From Fibrobacteria bacterium (GTDB lineage: Bacteria > Fibrobacterota > Fibrobacteria > UBA11236 > JADFYW01), in contig JBNKOC010000012.1 of assembly GCA_050294405.1 (NCBI GenBank), forward strand, positions 320,001-384,000: DNA of 64,000 nucleotides. The letters are read 5' to 3'. The position numbers and the translations under genes were made by a program. The notes under the pieces were generated by a model that searched no databases, was not told where the DNA came from, and saw only the letters and a list, made by a program, of their open reading frames with translations. Positions within the stretch are counted from its first letter, which is position 1. Every line of letters starts with the position of its first letter. This document shows positions 18,400 to 27,858 of this stretch, piece by piece.

Positions 18400-19331
18400 T
18401 TGCTTAAGGTTAATTCGCGAACCTGGCCTGCTTTAAATTCAATCACATACAATCTGTTGTTTTTTGGGTCGCTGGTTATTCCAGTGGGCGTATCAAATAC
18501 CATGGGCTTTCCCGACGAATCCGTTAGCAATCCTAGATATTTCCCCGTAATGCTAAACGCCTGGATGCGCCCCAAATAACTATCTGTAATAAATACTTTG
18601 TTATCCAGCATGGCCGAGGATTTGGGGCGATATAGTTCTCCGGCTTCTACTCCCATTTTGCCAATAAAGGAAATAAATTTTCCTTTAGGGTTAATAACCT
18701 GAACCCTGGTATTTATGGTTTCAGTTACCATTAAATTTCCATCGGGAGTAAAGCTTATAAAAAATGGGTATTGGAACTTTAATATATCTTTTCCCAATTC
18801 GCCCCAGCTTTTTGCATAGCTATTTTTTGCTTCGTCAAATACATGTATTTGATGGTTGTCGTTGTCACAGAGAAAAACTCGTTGGGAACTTTTGTCCACG
18901 GCCACATCAGTAATATCAGATTCTGTCTTTTTTATTTTTCCTGGCGCTGGAATGAGTTTCACAAATTTTCCCTCAGCCGAAAAAACCTGAACCCGTTTGT
19001 TTCCCGTATCTGCAACATATATGTGGCCGTTTTTGCCCACATCAATTCCAAGCGGGCTTTTTAAATAACCCTTAGCGCTTCCCTTTTTTCCTATGCTGGA
19101 TAAAAATTTTCCCTGGGAGTTAAATTTGATAATGCGATGGTTTACTCCATCAGATACATAAATTTCTCCACCGGGGCCTAAGGCCACATCTGTAGGCATG
19201 ACCATGGGGTTATTTTCTGGGGTTTTAAATACCCGTGCGCTCTTTACTTTAATGAGCTCAGAACCATGTGCAACCGTACTCAGGGTTAGTCCCCCCACAA
19301 ATAGCATAATATTTAAAGTGGAAAGTTTCAT
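18396..19331 (-). CDS. secreted NHL-repeat beta-propeller protein
   Basis: Signal peptide. Repeats PTDVALG..IYVSDGVNHRI, PLGIDV..IYVADTGNKRVQVF. 4-bp overlaps with both neighbours. Confidence 0.9.
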   Translation of the reverse strand: MKLSTLNIMLFVGGLTLSTVAHGSELIKVKSARVFKTPENNPMVMPTDVALGPGGEIYVSDGVNHRIIKFNSQGKFLSSIGKKGSAKGYLKSPLGIDVGKNGHIYVADTGNKRVQVFSAEGKFVKLIPAPGKIKKTESDITDVAVDKSSQRVFLCDNDNHQIHVFDEAKNSYAKSWGELGKDILKFQYPFFISFTPDGNLMVTETINTRVQVINPKGKFISFIGKMGVEAGELYRPKSSAMLDNKVFITDSYLGRIQAFSITGKYLGLLTDSSGKPMVFDTPTGITSDPKNNRLYVIEFKAGQVRELTLSK

Positions 19332-20188
19332 GGATTCGCCCTTGGAGCATTTTCCTCTTTATCCAAACCTGATTTCATTAGAGAAGGAATAAAAAACTTC
19401 TCCAGATTGTTAATCAGGTCCACCACTTCGGATGTAACCAGAAAGCTTTTCCGTTGCTCGGAATAGCCTAATTCCACATAAGGGAAGAAGTTATTTTTAG
19501 AGTTGTGGCATTTGGTACAACTAAGAGCTTCTTTTAACATATTTTGATGCAGGACTTTATTGTTCTCTTCCTCCTGGCTGGGATCGGGCTTTGTGGAGCT
19601 GGATTTAAGTTGAAGGTAAAAATTCTTTTCGTCCTCCAGTACAAAGGGAGCTGGATTTGATTTGTCTCCTGCAACCTGCGCAATCTTGGCTCCATAATCG
19701 CCCCAGCTGGATTCGATTAAATCAGGGTTGGGAACCAATTTGCCCTCTTTAAGATCCACCCAGCCAAATCCCATTTGGGAGGAAGGGTCGTCGGGGGATT
19801 GCATACTAACATGGCAAACTTCGCAGGATATAAATTGGGAGTGCATATTTAAAAAAGAGCGAGCTTCCTTTTTTTTGGCATGGTCATAAGTCCCATGGCA
19901 ATCCACGCAAAAACTCCAGCTATCTTTTTCCACTTTCTTATTGGTTTTATGAAACTCGTTTCCCAGATTTTGAACAGTATCTGAAACGGCTTTTGCTTGC
20001 TCGTGTTGTTTGCTTTGGGAAGGAGGTAAATTGAATTTATCCCGAACTATGGAATCCAGGCTGTAATGTGAAGATTTGCTGACTACCCCGATGAGCAACA
20101 TGCTCATGGCTACTCCTGCTGCAATCAGAAAGAAAATGGTAGTTATGATGTAAAGGTATTTTAGAAATCCGGCCATAAATTTTTTCAT
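19328..20188 (-). CDS. membrane-anchored triheme cytochrome c
   Basis: N-terminal TM helix. CVDCH, CEVCH, CTKCH. Confidence 0.88.
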   Translation of the reverse strand: MKKFMAGFLKYLYIITTIFFLIAAGVAMSMLLIGVVSKSSHYSLDSIVRDKFNLPPSQSKQHEQAKAVSDTVQNLGNEFHKTNKKVEKDSWSFCVDCHGTYDHAKKKEARSFLNMHSQFISCEVCHVSMQSPDDPSSQMGFGWVDLKEGKLVPNPDLIESSWGDYGAKIAQVAGDKSNPAPFVLEDEKNFYLQLKSSSTKPDPSQEEENNKVLHQNMLKEALSCTKCHNSKNNFFPYVELGYSEQRKSFLVTSEVVDLINNLEKFFIPSLMKSGLDKEENAPRANP

Positions 20189-22011
20189 GCTTCATCCTCC
20201 GGTTTTTTCTCTTCATCATTCTGCGTATCCAGAACCTCCCCTCCGTGTTCTTCTGCCAGCATGTGGGGTGTAACCTCACCTGTGATCATGGAGGACAAGG
20301 GAGAAGTAAAAGGTCGGAGAACATTCAGGATGTGAATGAGGAAAATAAAGGATATGGCTAAAAGGGCTTCATCGGAATGGGCAATTAAGGAAATGTTGAT
20401 AACCCATCCCGGCAAATAGGCGCTGAATAGTTCCTCGCCCCACATTATTATCCCCGTAACAGCCAGAAGAGGGATACCCCAGAATACCGCCAGATAATCG
20501 AATTTCTCTTTCCAGGAAAAACGCTTGTAGGCAGGCTTTATTGGACTTATGTAAAAGATGTATTTGAGCATCACCACAAAGTCGTGAACATCATCTTTGT
20601 TTGGCATTAAAGGCAACCCAAACAATGTGGAAAGCCAACCGCCAAGCCCTTTTTTACCCTGGGCTTCCATGGCTTTTCCTATGCTGTTCAGAATAGAAAT
20701 GATATGCAGGAAAAAACCGATTATCATAATGACTCCGGCAACCCTGTGCAATATGGGAGCTACTTCAATGCCTCCCATAATTTTATAAACAAAGGAAGAC
20801 CAGAAAGCCTCCGGAAACTTCATGGGAAGTCCGGTAAGCGAAAGCACCGTAAAGCTTACCACCAACAAAGCGTGTTGAACCCTGTGCCAGGGACTAAAAC
20901 GCTGTCTTGATTTTTCCTTGCCAACCCATTTCTCCGCTAGTTTTTGGATGCGGAGGGTTTCTTCCTTTGCTTCCTTACTGGGGAAGGCTTCCCGCAACAA
21001 CCCCAGAATGCTAATGATTAACATGGGGATCAAAACACTCAGAGTAAGAATAACAAAGGCCAAAGCAACTTTTGATTCCACTGGGTATCTCTGGCTGTCG
21101 TGAGGGGTGGAGTGCACGCGGAACTGGGCTAATTGGGCTCCGGCATTGGGGTGGCAATCCATTTGGCTGCATGTTTGTGGTTTGTTCGCCTCGTAAATGG
21201 CGGAGGCTTCATCTTCTTTGCCTCTCATGTCATGCACATTTTCAGTGCCTGCATGGCAGTCCAGGCAGTCGGGCGCTCTTCTGGAACCGAATAATATCGC
21301 TTTGCCGTGGTAGGTTTCCAAATAGCTGGAAATCACATCGGGCATATCATGGCGTTTGTTAAACTCTGGGTCCCCATGACACTTTCCGCAAAGATTTAAA
21401 ATTTCCATGGGGTCACGTGATTTTTTCAGCCGGGAAGTTACATGGTTATAGGAATACCTCACAAACTTTTCGTCTTCATGGCATACCATACATCTGTTTA
21501 TTGCCTGCTCAGAAACTCCAGCAGAAAGGGATTTGTGAATAGCTAAAGGCTTAAATTCGGGGGAGTCGTGGCAGTCCTTACAACTTGGATAGTCCTCAAT
21601 AAACTCATTGTCATTGCCGTCTTTGTCTTTTGTGGCATGTACTCCAAAGTCCAGGCTTTCCTGCACTTTCTTGTGGCTAAATAAAATTTCTCTGTTGGGT
21701 TCTTCAATGTGACAGGTTTTAGTGCAGTTTACTTTTTCAGCGTTATAGTGAGGAATCTCTTCAATATCTGAGTGGCAGTCCTTGCAACTGACCCTTTGGT
21801 GGGGCCCTTCCATTTCATGCATGGGATCAATGAAAAAGGATTTAAAGCTGCCAGCCGAATCCACCCTTCCCAGACCAGGGTAACGGTGGCACATTAAACA
21901 GTTTTGAGGGTCCTTGGCTGTTGCTGGAATAAACAAACCCAATGCAAATATGAAGAGAAATAAAACCCTAAACCCAGTTAACCGGTTAAAAATTAGTGAC
22001 AAACTTTGCAT
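20185..22011 (-). CDS. CbcL-like fusion: periplasmic multiheme c domain plus inner-membrane di-heme cytochrome b
   Basis: 6 CxxCH plus CTKTCH and CSQMDCH. These are followed by TMs with RFSPWHRVQH..LTGLPMKF, LHRVAG, KFDYLAVFWG and AHSDEALLA..IH, giving four candidate heme-b His ligands. Confidence 0.88.
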   Translation of the reverse strand: MQSLSLIFNRLTGFRVLFLFIFALGLFIPATAKDPQNCLMCHRYPGLGRVDSAGSFKSFFIDPMHEMEGPHQRVSCKDCHSDIEEIPHYNAEKVNCTKTCHIEEPNREILFSHKKVQESLDFGVHATKDKDGNDNEFIEDYPSCKDCHDSPEFKPLAIHKSLSAGVSEQAINRCMVCHEDEKFVRYSYNHVTSRLKKSRDPMEILNLCGKCHGDPEFNKRHDMPDVISSYLETYHGKAILFGSRRAPDCLDCHAGTENVHDMRGKEDEASAIYEANKPQTCSQMDCHPNAGAQLAQFRVHSTPHDSQRYPVESKVALAFVILTLSVLIPMLIISILGLLREAFPSKEAKEETLRIQKLAEKWVGKEKSRQRFSPWHRVQHALLVVSFTVLSLTGLPMKFPEAFWSSFVYKIMGGIEVAPILHRVAGVIMIIGFFLHIISILNSIGKAMEAQGKKGLGGWLSTLFGLPLMPNKDDVHDFVVMLKYIFYISPIKPAYKRFSWKEKFDYLAVFWGIPLLAVTGIIMWGEELFSAYLPGWVINISLIAHSDEALLAISFIFLIHILNVLRPFTSPLSSMITGEVTPHMLAEEHGGEVLDTQNDEEKKPEDEA

Positions 22012-22925
22012 GAATTTTCTCCTGGTTTTTTGCGCCTTAGCCTTGTGGACTTAGCTTCTTTCTCATCTGCGCCCATGGACCGCGGATTTTTTGCGGGAAA
22101 GAGTCCTTTTTCATGGGGGTTATGGCAGCTAAAACAGGTGATTCGCCCTGTACTGTCCAGTGGAAACACCTGGTATTTTTCATATTCTTTTTTGTCCATT
22201 TTGAGGTAATCAGCCATTTCCTTAAAAGTTTCGGGAGTAGGTTTGGCCAATATATGACGACCCACAATGGGATGGTTCCCTGGAATGGGGTGGTTTCCCA
22301 ATACGGGATGGTTTTGAGAAACTGAATGGCAATTGCCACATAACTGCTCGGACTCAGCTCTGAGTTTAAAGTCTGTGCTTGGCTTCATTTTTTCGCTGAG
22401 TTTGGGAACTTCCGTATGGCACCAAAGGCATACATCTTCTTTTTTCTTTCCGTTTTTATCTAATTGATCGTGAACATTAAAAGGCGTGTAATCTTCTTTA
22501 ACATGGCAGTTAAAACAAAATTCCTTTTCGGGTTTATTGCCTCTTAAAAAATTCATGTTTTCTTCCTGATTTTTCTTTCCTTTACATTGCAATAGGGCAT
22601 CGTGGCAAGTCAGGCAGGAAACTTTTCCGTTGTCTAATGGAAAAGTCTTTGAAATATTTTTTAGAAGCTTTTCCGAGGGTTTCATTCCTGCCGGATGAAT
22701 TTCTCTGTTGGCACGAACTCCGTCATGGCAATCTGTGCAAAGCTGCTCGGCCGTTTTAAATTTGAGGTTTGCATTTGTGGCAGGTTCTGCGCTATGGCAA
22801 GTGGAACAATCGGCTTTTTTTCCATGAGGGTTTTTGGCTTTTTCTATTTTTTTAACAGCTGTTTCTTCACTAAAAGCAAAACAAGCACATACCAATACCA
22901 ATAAAAAGCTCTTTCTAGGGATCAT
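21993..22925 (-). CDS. periplasmic octaheme cytochrome c
   Basis: Signal peptide. CSTCH, CTDCH, CLTCH, CFNCH, CLWCH, CGNCH, CFSCH, CKVCH. Confidence 0.92.
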   Translation of the reverse strand: MIPRKSFLLVLVCACFAFSEETAVKKIEKAKNPHGKKADCSTCHSAEPATNANLKFKTAEQLCTDCHDGVRANREIHPAGMKPSEKLLKNISKTFPLDNGKVSCLTCHDALLQCKGKKNQEENMNFLRGNKPEKEFCFNCHVKEDYTPFNVHDQLDKNGKKKEDVCLWCHTEVPKLSEKMKPSTDFKLRAESEQLCGNCHSVSQNHPVLGNHPIPGNHPIVGRHILAKPTPETFKEMADYLKMDKKEYEKYQVFPLDSTGRITCFSCHNPHEKGLFPAKNPRSMGADEKEAKSTRLRRKKPGENSCKVCH

Positions 22926-24136
22926 TCCCGGGTCCCCCTGAAATATTTGAGTTTTAATCCAAAATAAAAGCGATGATCTGATGTGTAAAACTCATTTTGC
23001 AAAAGCTGATACTCTGAAGTTAAAGTGAAATAATTAGAAATATTCAGGCTGCCTCCAATCTCATAAAAAGAAGCTTTCAAGTTTTTTTTATTTTCAAAGG
23101 AATAAGTGGAAAGCCCACTTGCCAGGGAGATTTCTCCTCTTTTAAATAGTCGGTATTGGTAGGCAGCTGTATAACTCATTCTATCGGATATTTTTTCCGT
23201 TTCCATCTGGAAACCCAACAGAATTCCGTAAGCCCCCAGTTTGACATCCAGCATTTTTCCTGCGAAGTCGTCATACCAAATTAGCCCACCACTGAGGGAA
23301 GTATAGAGCTTTTCATTTAGCTTGAATAAATATGAGGTATTAACATACTGGTGTTTTGGGTGAATAAAATATTCGTAGGAGGGCATGGAATCCAATTGCT
23401 CGTCCTGATAACCCCAATTCACAAGGAATACATCTTTTTGTCTTAACTGGACAATACTGGTAACATCGTATTGAGTAAACTCTTCAATAATGTCATCATA
23501 AAGAATTTCTCCAATTAGATCCCACCTTTTAAAAAGATTTTGCCGCAAAGACGCCCCATAATTGAGCGTATCCATGTTGCTTTCCGAACTTAAATCCAAA
23601 TCAATTTGGGTTCCCGGAAAAGGCTTGGAAGATAACTTGCCGCCAAAAAAGAAGGCATCTGCGGAAAAATCAAATAGGCCTTCCTGATAAAACTGGGGGG
23701 AGTTGTAACCAACATAGCCTTCAGCGTGAACCCACTCTTTAAAACTTGCTGAAAGGCCTCCTCCGTCGTATAAAACGTTCCTGTTTATAAAAGGAATAAA
23801 ATCGCGGCCTGCAAAAATACTGTACGAGCTTTTGGAAGGCGCGTATTTAACACCCGTAATGCCAAGACGACTGTTACTTAAATAAGAATTGGGACGGGTT
23901 TCATGAAAATCTGAATAGCGGTAGGATGCTGTGTAGTAAAAATCACTTTGTTTGCCCTGAATAAAAAAAGATTCGGATTGATATATGGACTTTTGTTCGG
24001 TGGCATCTTGTTGTTCCACGGCGTAGCCACCTAAATTTGCTGAGGTGGAAATGTAATTTGCCATGGTAGAGGCTGCGCCTCCAAAAAACAAAAGCAATGA
24101 CAAAAGAATAAGACAGTTGGTGGGCTGTCGGATCAT
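22922..24136 (-). CDS. putative outer-membrane beta-barrel (porin of a porin-cytochrome complex)
   Basis: Signal peptide, aromatic/Gly-rich alternating strands, last strand HRFYFGLKLKYF. First gene of the multiheme operon. Confidence 0.6.
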   Translation of the reverse strand: MIRQPTNCLILLSLLLFFGGAASTMANYISTSANLGGYAVEQQDATEQKSIYQSESFFIQGKQSDFYYTASYRYSDFHETRPNSYLSNSRLGITGVKYAPSKSSYSIFAGRDFIPFINRNVLYDGGGLSASFKEWVHAEGYVGYNSPQFYQEGLFDFSADAFFFGGKLSSKPFPGTQIDLDLSSESNMDTLNYGASLRQNLFKRWDLIGEILYDDIIEEFTQYDVTSIVQLRQKDVFLVNWGYQDEQLDSMPSYEYFIHPKHQYVNTSYLFKLNEKLYTSLSGGLIWYDDFAGKMLDVKLGAYGILLGFQMETEKISDRMSYTAAYQYRLFKRGEISLASGLSTYSFENKKNLKASFYEIGGSLNISNYFTLTSEYQLLQNEFYTSDHRFYFGLKLKYFRGTRE

Positions 24137-24181
24137 GGTTTACACACTTGATAATTAGGGTTCATTGTGTGTGCTAGGTTG

Positions 24182-24197
24182 AGCAAATGCTGTACCA
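24182..24197 (-). promoter_or_regulatory. sigma54 -24/-12 promoter of the multiheme operon
   Basis: Minus strand TGGTACAGCATTTGCT is GG-N10-GC, 46 bp upstream of ATG 24136. Confidence 0.75.
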
Positions 24198-24380
24198 TAT
24201 TTAGGGCTAAATTTGACATCGAAATTTTTAGAATTAGTAATCCAAAACATTTTCAAGATTATATTTTGTTTTTTTGGCCCCTGCTCTGAAAATCTTTTGC
24301 AGTCTTGGCAAAATAGAATGCCATAATTTAATTCACAAACTTTTTTTACAAGAAATTGAATGGAAAATTGAAGGCTATTT

Positions 24381-24393
24381 TGTCAAATTGACA
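24381..24393. promoter_or_regulatory. TGTCA-N3-TGACA palindrome, candidate enhancer site
   Basis: TGTCAAATTGACA, about 185 bp upstream of the sigma54 site. Confidence 0.6.
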
Positions 24394-24498
24394 AGAAGAG
24401 TATTTTGTTTTGATCTTTTGACATGCCTCTTGTCTTTTTAGCAAGGAAATAAATCAGCAGCTCCCAGAACGGTTAAAGCCAATTATTGCCAATTGCTT

Positions 24499-24693
24499 TT
24501 AATTTAAGGGTTTGTTTTTACTAAGCCGTCTTAAATAAAGGATTCCGGTACCAATTAGAATCAAGGGCAGAAAAATTAAAAAACCCGTAGTAATATAGTA
24601 GGCCATTCTAGTGTTAGATTCTGCATTAAAGCAAACCGGGCAACTGTGGGCCATACTGGCAAGCAGGAAGATAAAAATCAGAGCTTTGTACAT
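24499..24693 (-). CDS. small CxxC membrane protein at the end of the cox operon
   Basis: MYKALIFIFLLASMAHS-CPVC-F...TM helix. 64 aa from ATG 24693. Confidence 0.65.
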   Translation of the reverse strand: MYKALIFIFLLASMAHSCPVCFNAESNTRMAYYITTGFLIFLPLILIGTGILYLRRLSKNKPLN

Positions 24694-24703
24694 GATAGGC
24701 AGT

Positions 24704-25297
24704 CTAGAAATAAACCAATAAATAAAGAATAGGCCAAATGGCCACCACAAAATACCAATAGATGGAAGAGAGCTCCAGGCTTTGCCCGCTTGTTTTCAAC
24801 TGAATCAGGCTTTGGAAAATACCCAAAGCTAAAAATACAGCCCCCACTAGTACGTGAAGGGCATGTAATCCAATAAGTGTGTAAAATGTGCCGCCGAAAA
24901 GACTGGAACTCAAGGTTAATCCAAAATTAATGAGTTTAGTCCATTCATATCCCTGAATAATTAAAAACAATATCCCAAGAGCAAGGCCGCTTAAGCCGAA
25001 AATCATTTTAGATTTTACGCTTCGGGAAGAGGATTTTTGAACGGCTATGTATATAAGTATACCGGAAATTAAAAGGGCAAGAGTGTTAAAGGCCGTAATG
25101 GCCACAGGCAACCTAGGTTGGTTCAAGGGAGGCCATACTCCCAGGTTTTTTGATTTTACTACTAGAAAAGAACTGATAAATCCTGCAAAAAGCATAATTT
25201 CAGTTCCAATAAAAATAAAGAGGGCTAATTTTCCATTGGATATTGGAAAATTTTGATGGTAGGTTCTACCGGATTCAGTCACCGTAGACATAAACAA
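24704..25297 (-). CDS. ctaE: cytochrome c oxidase subunit III (second copy)
   Basis: FIGTEIMLFAGF, NTLALLISG, QGYEW, FYTLIGLHALHV, YWYFV..IW. Confidence 0.88.
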   Translation of the reverse strand: MFMSTVTESGRTYHQNFPISNGKLALFIFIGTEIMLFAGFISSFLVVKSKNLGVWPPLNQPRLPVAITAFNTLALLISGILIYIAVQKSSSRSVKSKMIFGLSGLALGILFLIIQGYEWTKLINFGLTLSSSLFGGTFYTLIGLHALHVLVGAVFLALGIFQSLIQLKTSGQSLELSSIYWYFVVAIWPILYLLVYF

Positions 25298-25565
25298 TGT
25301 CGGGGATAAGGCCTATAAGAAGTATTAAAATGCAAAGGGCGCCCACTGCAGCAAAAATTTTTAAAAACTTGGGTTCAAATTTTAAGTGCATGTAGTTGGA
25401 AACAACAATGCCTGCTTTAATAAAGGCTACGCTAAAGACTAGGATGGTAGCTAAAGTGGGATTTCCCACCATACCGGCACCCATTCCCAAAAGCAACAAA
25501 ACGAATAAGATAGCCCATATTTTAATGTAATTGGGATGATGATGTGCTACGTCTTTATCTTCCAT
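25275..25565 (-). CDS. ctaF: cytochrome c oxidase subunit IV
   Basis: 96 aa, 3 TMs, KAGIVVSNYMHLKFE. Confidence 0.85.
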   Translation of the reverse strand: MEDKDVAHHHPNYIKIWAILFVLLLLGMGAGMVGNPTLATILVFSVAFIKAGIVVSNYMHLKFEPKFLKIFAAVGALCILILLIGLIPDIVYVYGD

Positions 25566-25577
25566 AATTTATCTCTC

Positions 25578-26153
25578 TTAAGATGCGATGTATACCAGGG
25601 GAAAAAGAAAAATCCAGATGATATCTACCAAGTGCCAATAAAGGCCTACATATTCCACAGATGCCAGGCTTTTGCCTTTGCGAACTCTCAGGGCAAATGC
25701 GAAAATAACCACTAAGCCCGCCAGAATGTGAAAGGCGTGAAGGCCTGTCATAAGGAAGTAAAAAGACCAGAATAAATTAGTAACTGGGGTGAAACCCATA
25801 TGGAACTCGTGATTGTACTCGTAAGCCTTAACACATAAAAAGAGAAGGCCCAAACCGATAGTCATAAACATTTGGTTGGAAGCCTTTATATAATCTTTTT
25901 CATCTACAGATTTAAAAGCAAGAACCATCGTAAGACTGCTGGTTAAAAGCACCAAGGTATTAAAAAGGCCTATGTAGGATATGGTGTGGGCCGCATGCTC
26001 GTGCCAATCCGGATGGTGTAAACGAAACAGGATATAAGATACGATGAGCCCCCCAAAAATAAGCAACTCACCGCCTAGGAATACCCAGGTTCCAAATTTG
26101 CCATTGGGGATTCCCATGTTTTCTGTTTGTGTATTCAAATTGTGTTCACTCAT
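25578..26153 (-). CDS. ctaE: cytochrome c oxidase subunit III
   Basis: GTWVFLGGELLIF, NTLVLLTSS, YFLMTGLHAFH, GLYWHLVDIIWIFLFP. Confidence 0.92.
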   Translation of the reverse strand: MSEHNLNTQTENMGIPNGKFGTWVFLGGELLIFGGLIVSYILFRLHHPDWHEHAAHTISYIGLFNTLVLLTSSLTMVLAFKSVDEKDYIKASNQMFMTIGLGLLFLCVKAYEYNHEFHMGFTPVTNLFWSFYFLMTGLHAFHILAGLVVIFAFALRVRKGKSLASVEYVGLYWHLVDIIWIFLFPLVYIAS

Positions 26154-26171
26154 ATATAAACCGTTAATAAA

Positions 26172-27827
26172 TTAGGATTTATGCTGGGGTAAAAAGTCGG
26201 AATCGGCACCAGGTATGCTGTATTCGTAAGGATCTCTGTAAACCACTGGTGGAGTTAAAAAATTTCCGTGCGGAGGGGGAGATGGAGTATTCCATTCCAA
26301 AGTAGTGGCGTTCCAGGGGTTTTCCGGAGCTGCCTTTCCCTTAAAAATGCTGTGGAACAGGTTGAAAACAAATGGAATTTGGAAAATCAAAAGTCCAATT
26401 ACCGCTGAAGTGGATATGATTTGCAAATGCTGCAAGTCCTGGAGAAAATCAAATTGAGTGGGGTCGGCAATTCTTCTGTGGTGCCCCTGGGCCCCCATTA
26501 AAAACTGTGGGATAAAAATAAAATTGAAAAACAAAATGGTACCGGCAAAGTGAATTTTGCCTAAGGTTTCATTCATGTATTTTCCAAACATTTTGGGAAA
26601 CCAATAATATATCCCTGCAAAGGTGGCGATAATCACCGTGGGAAATAGAGTGTAGTGAAAATGGGCGACTACAAAATAAGTGTCGTGAAAATATATATCG
26701 GCCGCCGGAGAGCCTAGCATAAGACCAGTGGCCCCTCCCAATAAAAATTCCAGTAAGAACCCAAGGGCAAATAACATAGGAGTGCTAAAAGTAATGGAGC
26801 CTTTCCACAAAGTGGCTATAAAACAAAGTACGCTTACTGCCAGTGGAACAGAAATCAATATGGTGGTAATGCTAAAAGGCAGAGCCAATCTGGGGTCGAT
26901 ACCTGAAATAAACTGGTGATGAGCCCAAACCACAAAGCTTAGTATACCCGCAATAAAAATGGAATAGAGAATGGTTTTGTAACCAAAAAGTGTTTTTCTG
27001 GTAAAAGCGGGGATAATTTCCGCAATAATTCCAAGACCAGGCAAAAGAATGACGTATACTTCGGGATGTCCGAAAAACCAAAAAAGATGTTGAAATAAAA
27101 GGGGATCTCCGCCCTGGCCGGGGTCGTAAAAGCCAGTCCCTAAAGTTCTGTCTAATAATAACATTACAGCTCCGGCCACAAGCGGGCCGACTGAGAACAT
27201 AAAAAGAAGGTTGGCAACAACTTCCATCCAAAGCATTACGGGCAAACGAAAAAGACTAAGGCCCTTAGCCCTCATATTTATGGTTGTGGTAATAAAATTA
27301 ATACCGCCAATTAACATGGAAATAATTTCCAAAGCCACAGCTATAATCCAGAGGTTTGCGCCCCACTCCACGCCTGAAAAAGCCGATTTTGCGGATAAGG
27401 GCGGATACATAGTCCATCCACCAGAAGCGGCTCCACCGGGCACAAAAAAGGAAAGAATTAATATAACGCTGGAAACAAAAAACACCCAAAATGAGGCCAT
27501 GTTTAGCTTTGGAAAAGCCATGTCATCAGCACCCACCATAAGGGGGATTAAAAAATTTCCAAAGCCGCCTAAAAGAATGGGCATGGCCACCCAAAATACC
27601 ATGATCGTGGCGTGCATGGTAACGGCCTGATTATATTGACCGGCCCCCATGATTCCAAAACCGGGAATGGATTCTCCAGGCCAGGCTAATTGAGAACGGA
27701 ATACATAGGCCAGATAGCCCCCGATGGCCGCCATGATAAGCCCGGTTAAGGTGTATTGCCGGGCGATCATTTTGTGATCGATTGTAAATAAATATTTAGT
27801 TATAAACGACTGATTATGCTCGCTCAT
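26172..27827 (-). CDS. ctaD: heme-copper oxidase subunit I, A1 type (K-channel residues substituted)
   Basis: DHK, TMH, DMAFPKLN, FWFFGHPEVY, WAHH, HDTYFVVAHFHY, RR pair. Confidence 0.95.
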   Translation of the reverse strand: MSEHNQSFITKYLFTIDHKMIARQYTLTGLIMAAIGGYLAYVFRSQLAWPGESIPGFGIMGAGQYNQAVTMHATIMVFWVAMPILLGGFGNFLIPLMVGADDMAFPKLNMASFWVFFVSSVILILSFFVPGGAASGGWTMYPPLSAKSAFSGVEWGANLWIIAVALEIISMLIGGINFITTTINMRAKGLSLFRLPVMLWMEVVANLLFMFSVGPLVAGAVMLLLDRTLGTGFYDPGQGGDPLLFQHLFWFFGHPEVYVILLPGLGIIAEIIPAFTRKTLFGYKTILYSIFIAGILSFVVWAHHQFISGIDPRLALPFSITTILISVPLAVSVLCFIATLWKGSITFSTPMLFALGFLLEFLLGGATGLMLGSPAADIYFHDTYFVVAHFHYTLFPTVIIATFAGIYYWFPKMFGKYMNETLGKIHFAGTILFFNFIFIPQFLMGAQGHHRRIADPTQFDFLQDLQHLQIISTSAVIGLLIFQIPFVFNLFHSIFKGKAAPENPWNATTLEWNTPSPPPHGNFLTPPVVYRDPYEYSIPGADSDFLPQHKS

Positions 27828-27858
27828 CTAACTTGTCCCTTGAGAACTGATTTAAGGA

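Noticed and set aside
15790..24136. Naming the cluster mtrAB/mtoAB/pioAB or cyc2
   Set aside because: There is no decaheme MtrA-type protein, the barrel (404 aa) is much shorter than MtrB, and there is no monoheme-porin fusion.
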